Shown: positions 12,601 to 27,600 of the stretch, in pieces
Layout of the letters: each line of letters opens with the position of its first letter
Position numbering within the stretch: the first letter of the stretch is position 1
Source of the DNA: Octopus bimaculoides
Lineage: Eukaryota
DNA length: 64,000 nucleotides
Assembly (NCBI RefSeq): GCF_001194135.2
Contig: NC_068991.1
Location: 42,615,309 to 42,679,308, forward strand
Reading direction: 5' to 3'
Notes under the pieces: generated by a model
Databases searched by the model: none
What the model was told of the DNA's origin: nothing
The model's input: the letters and a program-made list of their open reading frames with translations, nothing else
Position numbers and translations under genes: made by a program

Positions 12601-15600
12601 GGGCTGGGTGGCAGCACCTGCATTGCTAGGAATAAGAGTTAAAAACCCTTAGAGCTGCAACAAAGTACATTTTCGTCTCTAAGGGTTTTTAGCTCTTATT
12701 TATAGTTTGTGAAGACCTGTTGAACTGAGTGAAATTGTAGTCATGACCGATACCAGTGCCGCCTGACTGGAACCCGTGGCAGTGGCTCGTAGAAAGCACC
12801 ATTTGAGCATGGCCAACGACAGTGTTACCTGGCTGGCTCCCATGCCGGTGGCCCATAAAAGCACCCACTACACTCTTGAAGTGGTTGGTGTTAGGAAGGG
12901 CATCCAGCTGTAGAAACTTTGCCAAATCAGATTGGAGCCTGGTACAGCCTTCTGGCTCGCCAGTCCTCAGTCAAACCGTCCAACCCATGCCAGCATGGAA
13001 AGCGGACGTTAAACGACGATGATGATGATGATGATTTGTAATCAGTAACAAACCTTTTCAGGTTTGAAACTTTCTAGGCAGACTCTGCGATGAGAACTAA
13101 GTAATGAGTATAAAGAACATTCAATCCTGAAATTCTGTATTGTTTTTTTTTTTTTAAACATGGTTTTGTGTGTCTAAAATCCTTTCTATCTTTATTTAGA
13201 TACCAGTTCCTATAGACATACATCTCATTCTCTAAACTCTACATTTAACATTTTATTATTCAGATCTTCATTCTCAGAACTGTGGCTCTCTAAGATTCCT
13301 TTGCCGTAGATGTTTTTTCATCACTCATTAATTCAAACGATCATTAACAACACTAACTTCATTGAATTGTGCATAAATTCTAACAACTCTATATGACTGC
13401 AAATGATACAACTAGGGTACACTAAGTGTTTCATTTATCTAGGAAATATTATCAGTTAATCTGGCAAAAAAGGACATTCAAGCAATGCTTACTAAAGTTC
13501 ATTTACTTCAGTTGATGTTGCAGTCTAGACAATACAGTTTTAAAACTATTTATAACTATTTATTACTTCAGCTGTTATTAGTAACAGACCCTTTCAGATT
13601 TTAAGCTTTCTTTGTTTCTCTTTGGCAGACTCTGCAATGAGAACCAAGTATATAAAAATTTCTAAGAATATTCAGTCCTGAATTTCTGTATTGTTTAAAG
13701 AACTATTATGAATATGAGAAGCTTAGAACAGGACCCTGGTAATGACTGACCATTGCTTTTAAATTCTTTCTGGAACTAGCTACAAGTTCTGAACTTTGCT
13801 CTACATCCTGAGTGTATTTGCTTTAAGTTTACTATTGCTCTCTCATCTATTTTCATAACTTGATTCATCAACAACTATTGCTGATAGAACCTGCAGATTT
13901 TCTTGTCTTCTCTGTGCTTAATTGCTTTATTAACTATGTTTCAACTAACTTATATAGCTTCCATTTCTGTTTGTCCTGCTTTGTGTAGGCTTCCACCATC
14001 CTACTTGTATTCTTCATTCAATAAAATATTTTCTCTTCACTGAGGCCACAAGAAGCAATTGACATTAGAACCAAACAAACAGAAAAACTAGACAGCATTG
14101 TCTTGTATTTCAACATCAGTTGATAACACCAAATGCACATGAATGTAACTCCTAGCTATCTCATACAACACTTCGATAATGTTTACTTGGCACATAAGCA
14201 CAATTATTTTGAGACGCACTGCACTGTCATAATGGAGAGAAAAATAATGAAACTTGATTCTAAGCTACTACAAACATATGTTCTATATGGATCTGCACCA
14301 TCTCTGCTTCTAGACCTCTCCTCCTCAACTCTTAATTACAATAATCTTCACTGTCAACCTATTATCACTATACCAATAAACTAAATTGACCATGTGCAGA
14401 TTGCTGTACTGTACTTCATACAACAACTCATTGCAGTGTTCTGATTTGGAAGATTGCTCCTGGACATCAAATCAACTACCTTAGCTCTTTAGCATTCAGC
14501 TTATTCTTGTCAAAAGTAATACGTATTTATTCACATTGTTTTGAATTAATCATGCATTGTCTTATAGCTTTCAAATTTTTATGAGGTACCTGTTAATTTT
14601 TAGAATGATATTGTAGGGTAAGTGTGAGGGGCCAAATCTGGCCAGTTTGAACATAAAACAGGTAGAATATTTTAGCCAGATATGGCTGGTTTAAATGCTA
14701 AAGGGTTAATACCAGTGTGCTGCTCCAGCAAAACTACCTGGAATTATTAAAAAGCAGTAACGCAACGACAAAAACTCTTATATATAACATTTTAATAAGA
14801 AATAATGTTTATCCTCACATCAAATGGCTGTTCAATGTTACTACCGTAACAGGCAAATCCTTCACTGGCTGGTTACCAGTGCAACCTGCACTTTGTTTCT
14901 ATTGCAAGTAGGGGAGTGAACCATCCTGTTGGGTACTCACAACTGAAGACAGGCATAAGTAGCCCAAAACCGTTCAGTCTCATGATCCTGTCATCTGCTA
15001 GAGGATGGAAGGGGTTCGCTTCCCTGCTTGCAGTATATGCAGGGTGCACCAGTAACCAACTGGCGGAGGATCTGCCTGGGGTTAAAATGATAGTAACATC
15101 GAACAACCATACTAATATGGCAATAAACATTACTTCTTAGTGTAGTTACTACTTTCATCTCTTATTGAGCTTTTCTAACTAGCTACTTTGCTTATTTTAA
15201 TAACACTTTTCACTAATACCGTCATTTCACCACCTGCTACTGCGTTGGATTAAACTGATTATTATTGTAATATATATGCACTTATTTATGTTTGGTTCTT
15301 TCTCCAGACTAGATTATCTTTTAAAACTCATCATGTTGTTCTTATTGCTAATTACCTATACCTCTACAGGATTAATACTGTGTATATATATGAGTGTTTA
15401 TATATATAAATATATATATATAGGCATAGGAGTGGCAGCATGTTAAGAAGCTTGCTTTCCAGCCACATGGTTCTGGGTTCAGTTCCACTGCGTGGCACCT
15501 TGGGCAAGTGTCTTCCACTATAGCCTCAGGCTGACCGAAGCCTTGTGAGTGGATTTGGTAGACGAAAACTGAAAGAAGCCCATCATATATATATATATAT

Positions 15601-18600
15601 ATATATGTGTGTGTATTTGTCCCCCCACCATCGCTTGACACTGATGTTGGTGTGTTTACGTTCCCGTAGCTTAGCGGTTTGGCAAAAGAGACCAATAGAA
15701 TAAGTACTAGGCTTACAAAGAACAAGCCTTGGAGTCGATTTGGTCGATTAAAGGTGGTGCTCCAGCATGCCGCAGTCAAATGACTGAAACAAGTGAAAGA
15801 ATGAAAGAATATATATATAGTTGTTGTTAATGATCACACAACATTCAAAATGGTTATAGGGAAGACTTCTCTAGGTAACAATCTTTCCAGATATTCTACA
15901 TGACCTCAAGGTCTTCTAGATGGCCTCTCCATCTGTGTAGATTTTTGAGAGACTTCCTAAAGTTTATGGAATTAAAAGCACAATGCATCATTCCACTCAA
16001 TGCACCATGTGATGATGATACTCAGTACAGAGATCTAATCTATGCATTTCTACCTTTTCTCAGTTTATTGTTGATTTCATCCATTGGAGAAGGTCTTGGC
16101 AAAAAATCTCAGAATGAATATTTGTGTGATCCTATGCCAGTTATGGCAATTCTGTAAAATTGCTTTCCTTGGAAAAAGCCCAGTCATTTTGAAAGGAGAT
16201 TGCTTTCAAAGTTGCTGCTGTAGGGCATCTCTGTGAGGATGAAATCAATCCTGATGCCTTACTACTCTTTATGGCTTAGCTGGCTTCCTTAATCTCAATT
16301 GCTGTTGGGGTAATAGTCAATGTTAGGAGCATCTTCTGTTGATTGAGAGTTGGTTAGCTTGTCTGGTAGAAGAGTTTAGCACTTTCTGGAAGTGTCGGAC
16401 CCATCTTGATGTTTGTTCTTATTCAGTTGTTATAATGGTGTCATCTTTGTTTCTGACTGACTGGTGTTGCTGCTACAACACTGTTTGTTGATCTTATAAA
16501 CAGTAGTCTTTTCTCTCCTGGCTGCAGCTTCACATAACATAAAAAGATCACTTCACATAACATAACATAAAAGATCACATAACATAAAAAGATCACTTTT
16601 CTGGTATTCCTTTTGACCTCTTTGTCCTCGGACTTTTAGGGTAGTTGGACCTGCTCCCAGACCCTCAATAACTTCATTCCCAACATCTTTTAGCAACTCC
16701 TTATTCCTATTACCTTATCAATATCCAAGATATTGGTTACTGCTTCAAGTCAAATTTTCTTCATCTAATTCCACTTGATGTTAATTAGGCTATTGTTCTC
16801 AATTGTATCAGCAACAACACAGATTTCCAGAATAAACTATTGTTTGTCGTTAGGATGATTAAGTTTGGTGTTGCCAAGTTGTTTTTGTTGCTAACCCTGT
16901 TTCTTCACTTTGCAAATTTTCAATCTCACTGTAGCAGTTATCAAGTGGTTGTCACTAAATACATTGACCCTGGGAAAAGCTCTTTCACTATCCGTGGCTG
17001 TCACCAATTTCCATAGGCATGATCTGGTTCAGTGAGCTACTATCTGGTGACCTCCGTGTGAACTTAGAAATATTCTTGTGAGGAAAGATAGTACCTTCTG
17101 ATGAAACAGTTATTGTTCAAGTTTCATCCACCAAGACTTCACTGTCATTGTTTCATCACACCAAAAATTCACTTGGCATCATGAACAATGCCAAGTTGAT
17201 CACTGCCATCATTCATCACTCTAAGATGTTCACTGTTATTGATTGCATCAAGATTTCACTATTATTCATCATACCAAGATATTCACATATCCTTCTCAAA
17301 TATCAGAACTTGCTGTGTCGGCTATCAACTTTTATATTGACATTTTGTGTGTACAGGAACACCATCTCATCATGGACTCAATAACAACTGGACTTTTGTG
17401 TCTGTGTCTGTATGGAAAAATTCTATTAATAGCACCATTGGCGGTGTGGATTATTACTCAGCCCACATTCCCTAAAATCACTAAACAGCATTGAGAAAAT
17501 AACATCTAGAATAATAGTTACCAATTTCAATGGTAACCCTTCTACTGTCACCTGCTGCTACAGCCCAACAAATGTCAGCAATGAACAAGAGGTCATAGAT
17601 TTTTACAATGATTTATTGTCTCTTGTACAATCTATACCAAGACACAACATCCTCATCATTGGCAGAGATATGAATGCACAATTAGGCCATGACAATCCCC
17701 ATCATAAGTACTTGTTCCATCAAACTGAAATGGAGAATACTTAGAGCACTTCTTGGTAGGAAACAAACTTCAGTGCCTGAACACTTATTTTCTGAAGAGA
17801 CTGGGAAAGAAGTGGACCCATACTTCCTCAAATGGATTCAAACCTTATCATGAACAAAACGTGGATTAACAGCTGCCACAACTGTGAAGCATACAATACT
17901 TTCTTTGGTGTATCATCTGACCATCAAGTGATAACACCTAAGCTTCAGGTAAGCCTCTGAGCAAACAAGATAAAAGGAACCTCAAGACCACCCTACAACT
18001 GGGGACTATTCTGACGTACAATGAGAGAGTCCGAAATGATTTCACAATCAAACTCAGATATCGCTTTGATGTGTTACAAGGTGCCAATGTAGATTACACA
18101 CCAAAACACAACATATTTCAACTTGTCCAAGCTCATTATGAGGCTGCTGAAAAATGTATCCCTTTGAGACCAAAAGTGAAATGAAGAGCCCCCTGGGGAA
18201 AGTGACAGAGTGCTTGCAAAAAGAATTAACATAAAGGAAATAATCAAGCAGTACAACAGGAATTCTACAAGAAGAAACTTAAATAGAAAAACAAAGGCAC
18301 TGAAAGAATTTAATGTATTATATCAGATGGAACAGCAAAAATACATTCAAAGCCAAATCAACAAAATCAAAAATGCAGCAGACAATAAACAATCTTCCTT
18401 GGCATGGCAGAGAGTAAATGAAGTGAGTGGTCAGAAGAAATCCTCCAAAGTGAAGTTGAAGGCCTCTAGCCTACAGAAGAGACTGAGTAAGTGGAAAGAC
18501 CATTTTCAAAACCTTCTTGAGAAATCACTGAATACATCAAACCTGCAGATCCATTGTATTTTTGAGGAGGTCCTGGATATCAAGCAGGGATCCTTCTCGA

Positions 18601-21600
18601 TAGAGCTTGAAGTCATATTGAGGAAGACCAAAAACCTGCAGGATTGGATGACATCTCCCCCTGAAGTCTGGAAAACCGACAATTTCAATGGCATTCTTCT
18701 CAAATCGTGCAACTCAGTATATCATCAATGTACAGAAATCATAGTTCAGCACTGAATACACTTGTTTTATGATAGGGTTTACTCATTGAGGAGCTTACGG
18801 AGCTAGTGTTTTATTGGCATGGTGATATTTAAGACATTACATTTAATACTTTCTGCTTTATTTTATTTGACAACATATTTGTTGATTTGGGAAATAAGAA
18901 GTTGCTACTATGGAAAGCAGTCAGTTGTTAATTAAAAAAGAATGTCTCTCATCATAATTTAATGTCTGTTTTCCATGCTGGTTTAGGTTGAAAGATTTGA
19001 CAGGACCCAGTGAGCCACAGAGGTGTGCCGAGTGGAAATTTGTTTTCAATACTTGTTTTTAAACTATCTCTTGAGGGCTTCCATATGTTTTAATTACATT
19101 ACTAAAATATTATTATAGTTGTTTACTATAATATTATTTGACAAGAGGTCAGCAAATACAACACTATTAGCTGATAGCCAATTAAAGTTTTACATCTTTA
19201 TGTTTAAATACTGTGGGGACAATATTTTCATTTCTGTTCATGTTGGTGATGGAGAAATCATTAGATAGTGCTGATAATATTCTAAGGTTGAGCTATATGC
19301 ATCTATTCCTTTCCTTTACAGAATTTGACCTTTTGACTCCTGAATCCCACTCTCCCATTTACCATAAATAACTTCTAGATATTTCTTAACAACTGAAATT
19401 CAATTTATTGTTATGCAAAGTGTAAGAGTGCATCTTGCTTTGATTCCTTTCAGTTTGCAGTTTGTCCTTTTGAAGGTTTTGTAATGACAAGTTCAATTTG
19501 AGAAAAACTTTTGGTTTCAGTAATTACCATTATTAGTTCATGGAAACTTATAACGAACCATACTGAGAACAGTTGAATTCATATAGTGACTTCTGCAAAT
19601 GACAAATGACAGAGCAAAAGCAATTAAACAAGTCCTGATTAACAGCACTTGTTACTAATTGTTCTGACTATGGAATTTGTGGGCTGACAAGGTAAACCCT
19701 GAAATTCAAAGTTTTTCTCAAAAACAGCTAGCTATCACGGTTTTACAGAAGTGCCTAATATTTTATTTATTTCTCCCATTTCATGATCATTTGATTCTTT
19801 CTTGATGTGACATCCAGGTGAGCATTGCTTTTAGTCTTCCTAATAATTCTCTTGACCCCTGCTGCATGTAATACTAAAACCAAAATGGGAGCCTGTTATT
19901 TGAAAATGTCAAGTGGTGGTGGTGGTGGTGCTCAGTAACATTTGATTATAATTTCTTTCTTTTTAATGCAAGATATTTCTTCTTCATTGCAACTTATGTT
20001 GGAATTAACAAGGATTATCTTGTTTTTTTGTTTTTCTATATTTGTTATAAATAAATTTTCGGTACTTATTTATATATTGTTTTATTTCAGGTCCTTGAAT
20101 AAGAGACTTGAATTTTTGCTCATAATTAAGACATTATTTACCATTCTTATTACTGTTTCTGTTTTAGTTCTGGTCAAGTGAGACATGTAATTCAAAAATA
20201 ACTTAGAAAACCCTGGTGATGAATGCTGTATGGAGTTAGTTGAATTAGCAAAGCAGATATTGTCTGAAATTGGGATAAATAAGCTTTATTATATTAAGGA
20301 ATTATTAATGACAATTAATTATCATTAACAATACTCTGAATTAGTCAACAATCATAAACTCACCTCTCAGACTTATTCTAAGAATTTTTTTTATCATCTA
20401 TTGCACCGACCTTCATATGGTTGCTTTGAGAAGCATGATAGTTAAGATACTGACTTGTAATTCTTGATACTGAGGTCAAAACTCAAACATTACAAAAGTC
20501 TTTGTCACTAGACTTATTACTCTGCTTAATTTGGCTTTAATCCTTTAGTATTCAACTCACTCTGTCAAATGTATTTATTCACACTGTTTTGAATTAATTA
20601 TACATTGTTGTAGCTTTGATATGTTGATGTGATTGTTTATTTTTAGAATGACATTGTAATGTAAGAAAGATGGGTAACATCTGGCCAGTTTGAACATAAA
20701 AAAAGAGAAAATGTATGGGCCTAATATGGGTAGCTTAAATGCTAAAGAGTTAATACTAAAGATAGAAGCTGGTCCCTATATTGTAGTTGAGTTGTTGGCA
20801 TTAAGTAACTACAACTGCTCCTATACTGCATATGTTTACATGTTTGCATTTCAAAGTAGCCATCTGGTTCTTGTAGAGTAAATGTAGTGCTGACTGAAAG
20901 ACCAAATTTTTTATCTTCTTTCATAGATACTGCATTATATCCTTGGAAAAACCTTCTGTTCTCAGCTCATGAATATGCAACATGGTGAGGATCCATTTAT
21001 CAAGCTACAATAGGAAGTTCTTCATAATTTTCTAAGTTTACAGTGCTGAACTAAAATTCTCATAGTGATAGCTTGTTGAGTGATGAACTCCATGAAGCTG
21101 GTTTGATCTAAATATACTACATAAAGAGAGATTCTTTAGACATCAACCTATGCTGTTGAATTGGGGAAGAAAACCATGTATGTGTTGTCTAAAGAACAGT
21201 AAACAAACTGTGAAATGGTCCATTAGGAGATTACTTCTTTCTTTTCCTCTACACATCAATAACATAGAATACTTTTACATTTTTATCTAACCCATAGCAA
21301 AATTTTGTAATGTTTAAATTTATTTCAGTTCTTCTGATTTACACTGTGTTGTGTATAAAATAGAAATAGAAATCGCTCAATGGTTCAATAGGTAAAAGCT
21401 ATTCTTGGAGAATAGCCTTTTCTTGTTCTGATTATGTAGACTATGTCACATCAAGGGCTGGTAAAAGGATTTGAGATGCTTAGGCTGGTCACTATCAAGT
21501 TCTGTGGAATCATTAGCATTTTTCCAATAGCCAGCTGTTAGTCATGAATATTTAGTATTTTGAAATCTATGATCTTGGTACTTACAGTGGTAAGCAAGTT

Positions 21601-24600
21601 TTATGAGGGGATGACTATTTTGTTAGTCAATTTGAGTGACATCATAAAAATTCTTTACTTTTAGTTCCCTTGGTTTTAATGTTGAATGTACTGTGCATCT
21701 ATTTTGTTATATATATATATAATAAGAATGATGTAGATAACCTAGAAAGTTTGAAGAAAACATTGAATATTAATTTCATTTGGAGATGGACAAAATTGAA
21801 CTTTTCTTTTTAAACTTGTCTGTGGAATATTGTTCAAACATATTTTTATGTACAATATTATTATCATTATTATTATTATTGATGATGATGATTATTATTA
21901 TTAAGGTGGTGAGATGGCAGAATCGTTAGCACACTGGACGTAATGCTTAGTGACATTTCGTCTGTCTTTACATTCTGAGTTCAAATTCCACCAAGGTTGA
22001 CTTTACCTTTCATCCTTTTTGGGAGATCAATAAAACAATTATCAGTTGAGCACTGGGGTTGAGGTAATTGAGAGCTTCCACCTCTAGTTTTTGGCCTTAT
22101 ACCAAAATTTAAAATGATATTATTATTATTATCATCAAGGTAGCAAGATGGCAGAGTCATTAGTGCATCGGACAAATACTTAGCAGTATTTCTTTCAGTG
22201 TTATACTTTAAATTCAAATTCCACTGAGGTCAGCTTTACCTTTTGTGCTATTGAGATTGATAAAATAAGTACCAGTTGATCTCTGGGGTCAATGTAGTCG
22301 ACTTACCGACTCCCCCAAAATTACTGCTTGTGTGCCAAAATTTGAACCATTATTATTATTATTGAGTGTGAGAGCAGTGCATGTCATCAAAGTGACACTG
22401 GGGAACAAATATATGAACCCCAATATACCCATGATAACTACTGGTCTGAAAAAGGGTACAATAGGCAGATGCATAATAACCATATGTGTGCGACATGGTG
22501 ACCTCATATCAAGATAAACAGCTCATGGCTTGCAGGTGGAGTCCAGTTAGAATTTTCTTGAGGTCATTTAGCCCATCCTGCTCAAAAGGTCCTTAAATAA
22601 GGGTTGTTTAAGGATGATGAATGAAACACCCATGTTTCCAGGGATGAATTATTGAAACCCTAAAGAATCTCTTTCAACACATGACTGATGCTCCCCCACT
22701 ACTCCTGCTCATGATCAGAGATACACATATTATCAGCCACTATGGGACATGCTTAAATGGTTATAGTCAAGCAAATCTGTGGTATTGAACTGAATATTTG
22801 CTGTAGCCCATCCTTTATACCAAGAGAAAACCTGTACAAGTTAGCACTTTCAATCAGTTAAGATCAAAATCCGAGAGAGCCACTGCCTGGTATTATTATT
22901 ATTATTATTGGGACAGTGAGCTAGTAGAATTGTTAACCTGTCGTACAAAATGCTTCACAGCATTTCTTCTAGCTTTAGGTTCTGTGTTCAAATTCTGCTG
23001 AGGTTGACTTTGCCTTTCATTCTTTTGCAGTGGATAAAATAAGTACCAGTTGAGTACAGGAATTCATATAATTGGCTAGCCCCCTCCCTTAAGAAAAATT
23101 TTGGGCCTTGTGTGTATTGTAGAAAGAATTATTATTATTGAGTGAGAGAGCAGCGCATGCCATCAAAGTAATACTGGGGTAAAATATACGAAGCCCAGTA
23201 TACCCATCATGACTACCCATCTGATAAGAGTACACCAGACACATGCATCAAAACCATATGTGTGTGACTTGGTGATCTCGTATCAAGATTAACAGTGCAT
23301 GACCTTGCAGATGGGGCCCAGTTAGAATTTTCTTCAAGTCGAGTAGCCCATCCCACTCAAAAGGTCCCTGAATAAGGGTTTAAGGATATTGAATGAAACA
23401 CACCTGTTTCCAGAGATGAATTATTCAAACCAAAGAATTTCTCTCAACACATGGCTATGATCCGCCCCCACTACTTCTGCTCCTGATCAGTGATGCACAT
23501 ATTGTCTGCCACTAAGGGACATGCTCAACTGGTTATGGTCAAACAACTGACAAGCAAATCTATGGTACTGAGCAGAATATTTGCTGTAGCCCATCTTTTA
23601 CACTAAGACAAATGATATACATGATAACACTCCCCGTCAGTTAAGATGAGAAGGCATGAAAGCCACTGCCTGGTACTGCGTCAGGGCATTTTTTATTATT
23701 ATTATTATTTTCTCTTTTGATTAACCTTAGGAATTGGGTTTTCTTTTATCTTTTCATCTATGTACCTATTATTATTATTTTCCCTTTCTATTAACCTTAG
23801 AAATTGTGTTTCTTTTGGGCTTTCTTTTATCTTTTCATCTATGTACCTATTATTATTATTTTCCCTTTCTATTAACCTTAGAAATTGGGTTTCTTTTGGG
23901 CTTTCTTTTATCTTTTCATCAATGTACCGTATTCATTTAATTATGAACAATGGTCAGGTATTCATTTTTCTGTGATAAATAAAATGTTTTATGACATAAA
24001 TTATCAAACATTTTGATGCTGAGCAATCTAAACTATATTATTTTTGATTAAAAAGTGAAATTATAGAATAAATAATAAAATCAATACTTTCTATCAGAAA
24101 GTATTGACTNNNNNNNNNNNNNNNNNNNNNNNNNNNNNNNNNNNNNNNNNNNNNNNNNNNNNNNNNNNNNNNNNNNNNNNNNNNNNNNNNNNNNNNNNNN
24201 NNNNNNNNNNNNNNNNNNNNNNNNNNNNNNNNNNNNNNNNNNNNNNNNNNNNNNNNNNNNNNNNNNNNNNNNNNNNNNNNNNNNNNNNNNNNNNNNNNNN
24301 NNNNNNNNNNNNNNNNNNNNNNNNNNNNNNNNNNNNNNNNNNNNNNNNNNNNNNNNNNNNNNNNNNNNNNNNNNNNNNNNNNNNNNNNNNNNNNNNNNNN
24401 NNNNNNNNNNNNNNNNNNNNNNNNNNNNNNNNNNNNNNNNNNNNNNNNNNNNNNNNNNNNNNNNNNNNNNNNNNNNNNNNNNNNNNNNNNNNNNNNNNNN
24501 NNNNNNNNNNNNNNNNNNNNNNNNNNNNNNNNNNNNNNNNNNNNNNNNNNNNNNNNNNNNNNNNNNNNNNNNNNNNNNNNNNNNNNNNNNNNNNNNNNNN

Positions 24601-27600
24601 NNNNNNNNNNNNNNNNNNNNNNNNNNNNNNNNNNNNNNNNNNNNNNNNNNNNNNNNNNNNNNNNNNNNNNNNNNNNNNNNNNNNNNNNNNNNNNNNNNNN
24701 NNNNNNNNNNGATATTAACCAACCCAAATTCCATCCATGGTTCTATGATGCAACCTTCTTGTTTTAAAGTTATTTAAGTTAAAATCTTCCATCAAGGTTT
24801 TGTACTAATTTATGGGTGGAATTCTGGTTTAAGCACCCCATATAACCCCTTATAACATTTTTTTTATTTTTTGGAATTTAAAAACAAATTTTTTTCCTAA
24901 TTGTATGAATTCCCATGTATAGAACAAAAATTCACAAAAGTTTTCTGAAAATTCCAAAAACTAAAAAATGATGAGGGTTATATGGGTTGCTTAAACCAGA
25001 ATTCTGACAATTTATGTTCATCAAAATTTTATATTGTTTTGAACACTAGCTTAACCCTTTTGATACTAAACTACCTCTGGTTCCATGCTATATCTCCCTG
25101 TTTCAATGTGATCTAAACTACTTCCTTCCATCAAAATTTTATTTTAATCTATGTTCTAAATAATGACAAAATTATATTACCAAATTTTTCATTATTTTCA
25201 AAATTAACTGAAGTAAAGATAGTGTTGAAATATAGTAACAAAAGGATTAAATATAATACACCTTTTCAAATGAATGGAAAATATCTTTACTCTTAAGTTC
25301 CACTTGAGAGTGAAGGTTGCAGAATTCACTATTTTGACAATCTTTTTGTGAAGCTTTCAAAGTATTTTCCCATTTTCACAACAGATGTTATCATATTTTC
25401 ATTCATATAACATCCTGCTTTTGTTTTTGACTAACCTTTTTGATATCACTCCCACCTGAAACTGCTCTTGGATCTGTGTTACAAACTCCTTGTTTTAACC
25501 CTTTTGATACTAACTCATCCAAGACTACCATGGTTCTGTACTACAAATGTCTTGTTTTCAAAAATTCTGAATTAAAATCTTCCACCAAAACTTAGTTGTA
25601 ATTTATGTTCCTAACACTAGTTTAATAACAAAGTTATTTTCATTAAATTCTTTGTTATATTTAAAATTAATTGAAATAAACACTTAGGGTATCTCAACAA
25701 AAAGATTAAAGTGATCTAAATTGAAAGCTCCCATCAAAATTTTGTGTTAATTTATGCTCCAAACTCCAGCTTAATGACAGTTATTTTACCAAATTCTTCA
25801 TTATTTCAAAATTAATTCAAACAAAAGCAATGTATTTCAACAGAAATAAGGTAACAAAAGAATTAAAAAAGCATCTTGATAAAGTGAGGATCTAACATAT
25901 TTAATATAGTGAGGTCCACAAAATATTTTATTAAGCCTTATGCATTCAGGTTACTCCATCAAATGTAATACTTATTCATTAACTTTATTTTGAATTAATC
26001 TTGCAGCTTTGAGATTTCAATGATGTGATTGTAGGGTAGGTGTAAGAGACCAGATATTGATAGTTTGAACATAAAACAGATAGAATATTTGGGCTGCATG
26101 TGGCCAGTTTAAAATGCTAATGGGTTAATTCAAATTTAACCTGTAATGAAAAGTAAAACCATTAATGTTCATGATAATTCTTGTCAAAAAATGCAAGTTA
26201 GATAACTGTGAGGTCTACATTAATAAAAAAAGTTTGATTAAAGAATGAGCTGGGTCTTTGGTAAGTACTGTGGTGACCCCAAACATGTTTCAGAGTTATT
26301 GAACCTCATCAGAATAGCATAACCTTACTTGAATTTACTAGACCTTAGAATGATTGAGAAAATATGAGTAACAAAGCATTCTTGATAAGGTAATTTAAAA
26401 TAATGAAAAAGGTGCCTCTTATATGAAGAATATATAATTAAATATGTTAGCTTCCACCTAACTATTCATTTTCCATGCAGAAGGCATCTCTGGGGAGCAT
26501 CTTGACTAATATAATACAAGGGATATATTATTTCAGCATTAACTGTGAAACAAACGGTCATTCAAACTGAAAGAGCTGTTCACATTTATTACAATTGTTA
26601 TTATTGTTATAAGATGGTGAGCTGGTAGAATTTTTAGAGCAGCAGAATAAATGCCTTGTGGTTTGTCTTCCTATTCTTTACATTCTTAATTCAAATCCTA
26701 CTAGCATCAACTTTAGCTTTCATCCTTTCAGAGTTGCAGTCACGTACTAGCATCGATGGTATTGACCAACTCCCTGCTTACACACTAAATTTCAGGCCTA
26801 GTGCGTACATTGGAAGCAGTTATGAATTTTCATGTGTGATAAAACTTGTGCAATTTTTACTCAACACTTGATTAGGGGTGGTGGCGGGTTGGATAGGGGA
26901 AGACACCCAGTTACATTGGTTAATGAAACAAGGGAGGTAACTCTTTATTCTCAGTGAAATAAATCTTAAGGTAGCAATGAGTGCTATTGATTAACCTGGA
27001 CATAATTTATTATTGGTATTTATGTTCAACTGTATTAGTGGTACACACACACACATGATATATATATATATGTTTGTGTGTGTGTGAATGGATTTTACCA
27101 ATGCTGCATTGATAAATGGTAAAGTTGTCTTTGGTATTATCCACTCTCTACAGTGTATGGTCCCAATTTTCATATTATAACTATATTATTTGAATGACTG
27201 ACTTAACCAGTTACACTATTGATACATTTATGGCAATAATCAATACCATTATTGCTTTACTTTGTATAAATTAGTTACTTGCAACAATTTATTACAAGGT
27301 TTTATTTTTATTTGTTAAGTTTTATTACTTTCAGAATTATATACAAATTACCATGCCAGTTTTATGTAATTTGCTTAATGAATCAGGCTGCTTAATTTGA
27401 GATGATGAATGTTAATTTGTGAAGATGTGTGAAGCTGTTTGCCAAAAAGTTTCTTCATTGTTTGGCAATTTGTCAGTTTGGTTGTTTACTATATTTCTAA
27501 CCTGTCTACCAAAATGCTTGCTTGCAAAGTTGTATGTTTCAAGCTACCTGTAAACCTAAGTTGGCTATTTGCTTATAATATATAGTAAGGACAAAAACAA

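Noticed and set aside
20190-20320. Short frame [25 protein letters not shown] as a hidden exon
   Set aside because: A stop lies just upstream, there is no compatible acceptor/donor pair, and no homology was recognised.
23697-23928. Repeat array as a possible CRISPR
   Set aside because: Contiguous tandem units without unique spacers, eukaryotic intronic context, and no cas genes. The same applies to 63058-63330.
24038-24734. Long ORFs of 200+ aa in the ORF track (also 57414-58046 and 62691-63350)
   Set aside because: They are mostly X residues from N-gaps and are artefacts. Only 57945-58038 is real coding sequence, in a different frame.
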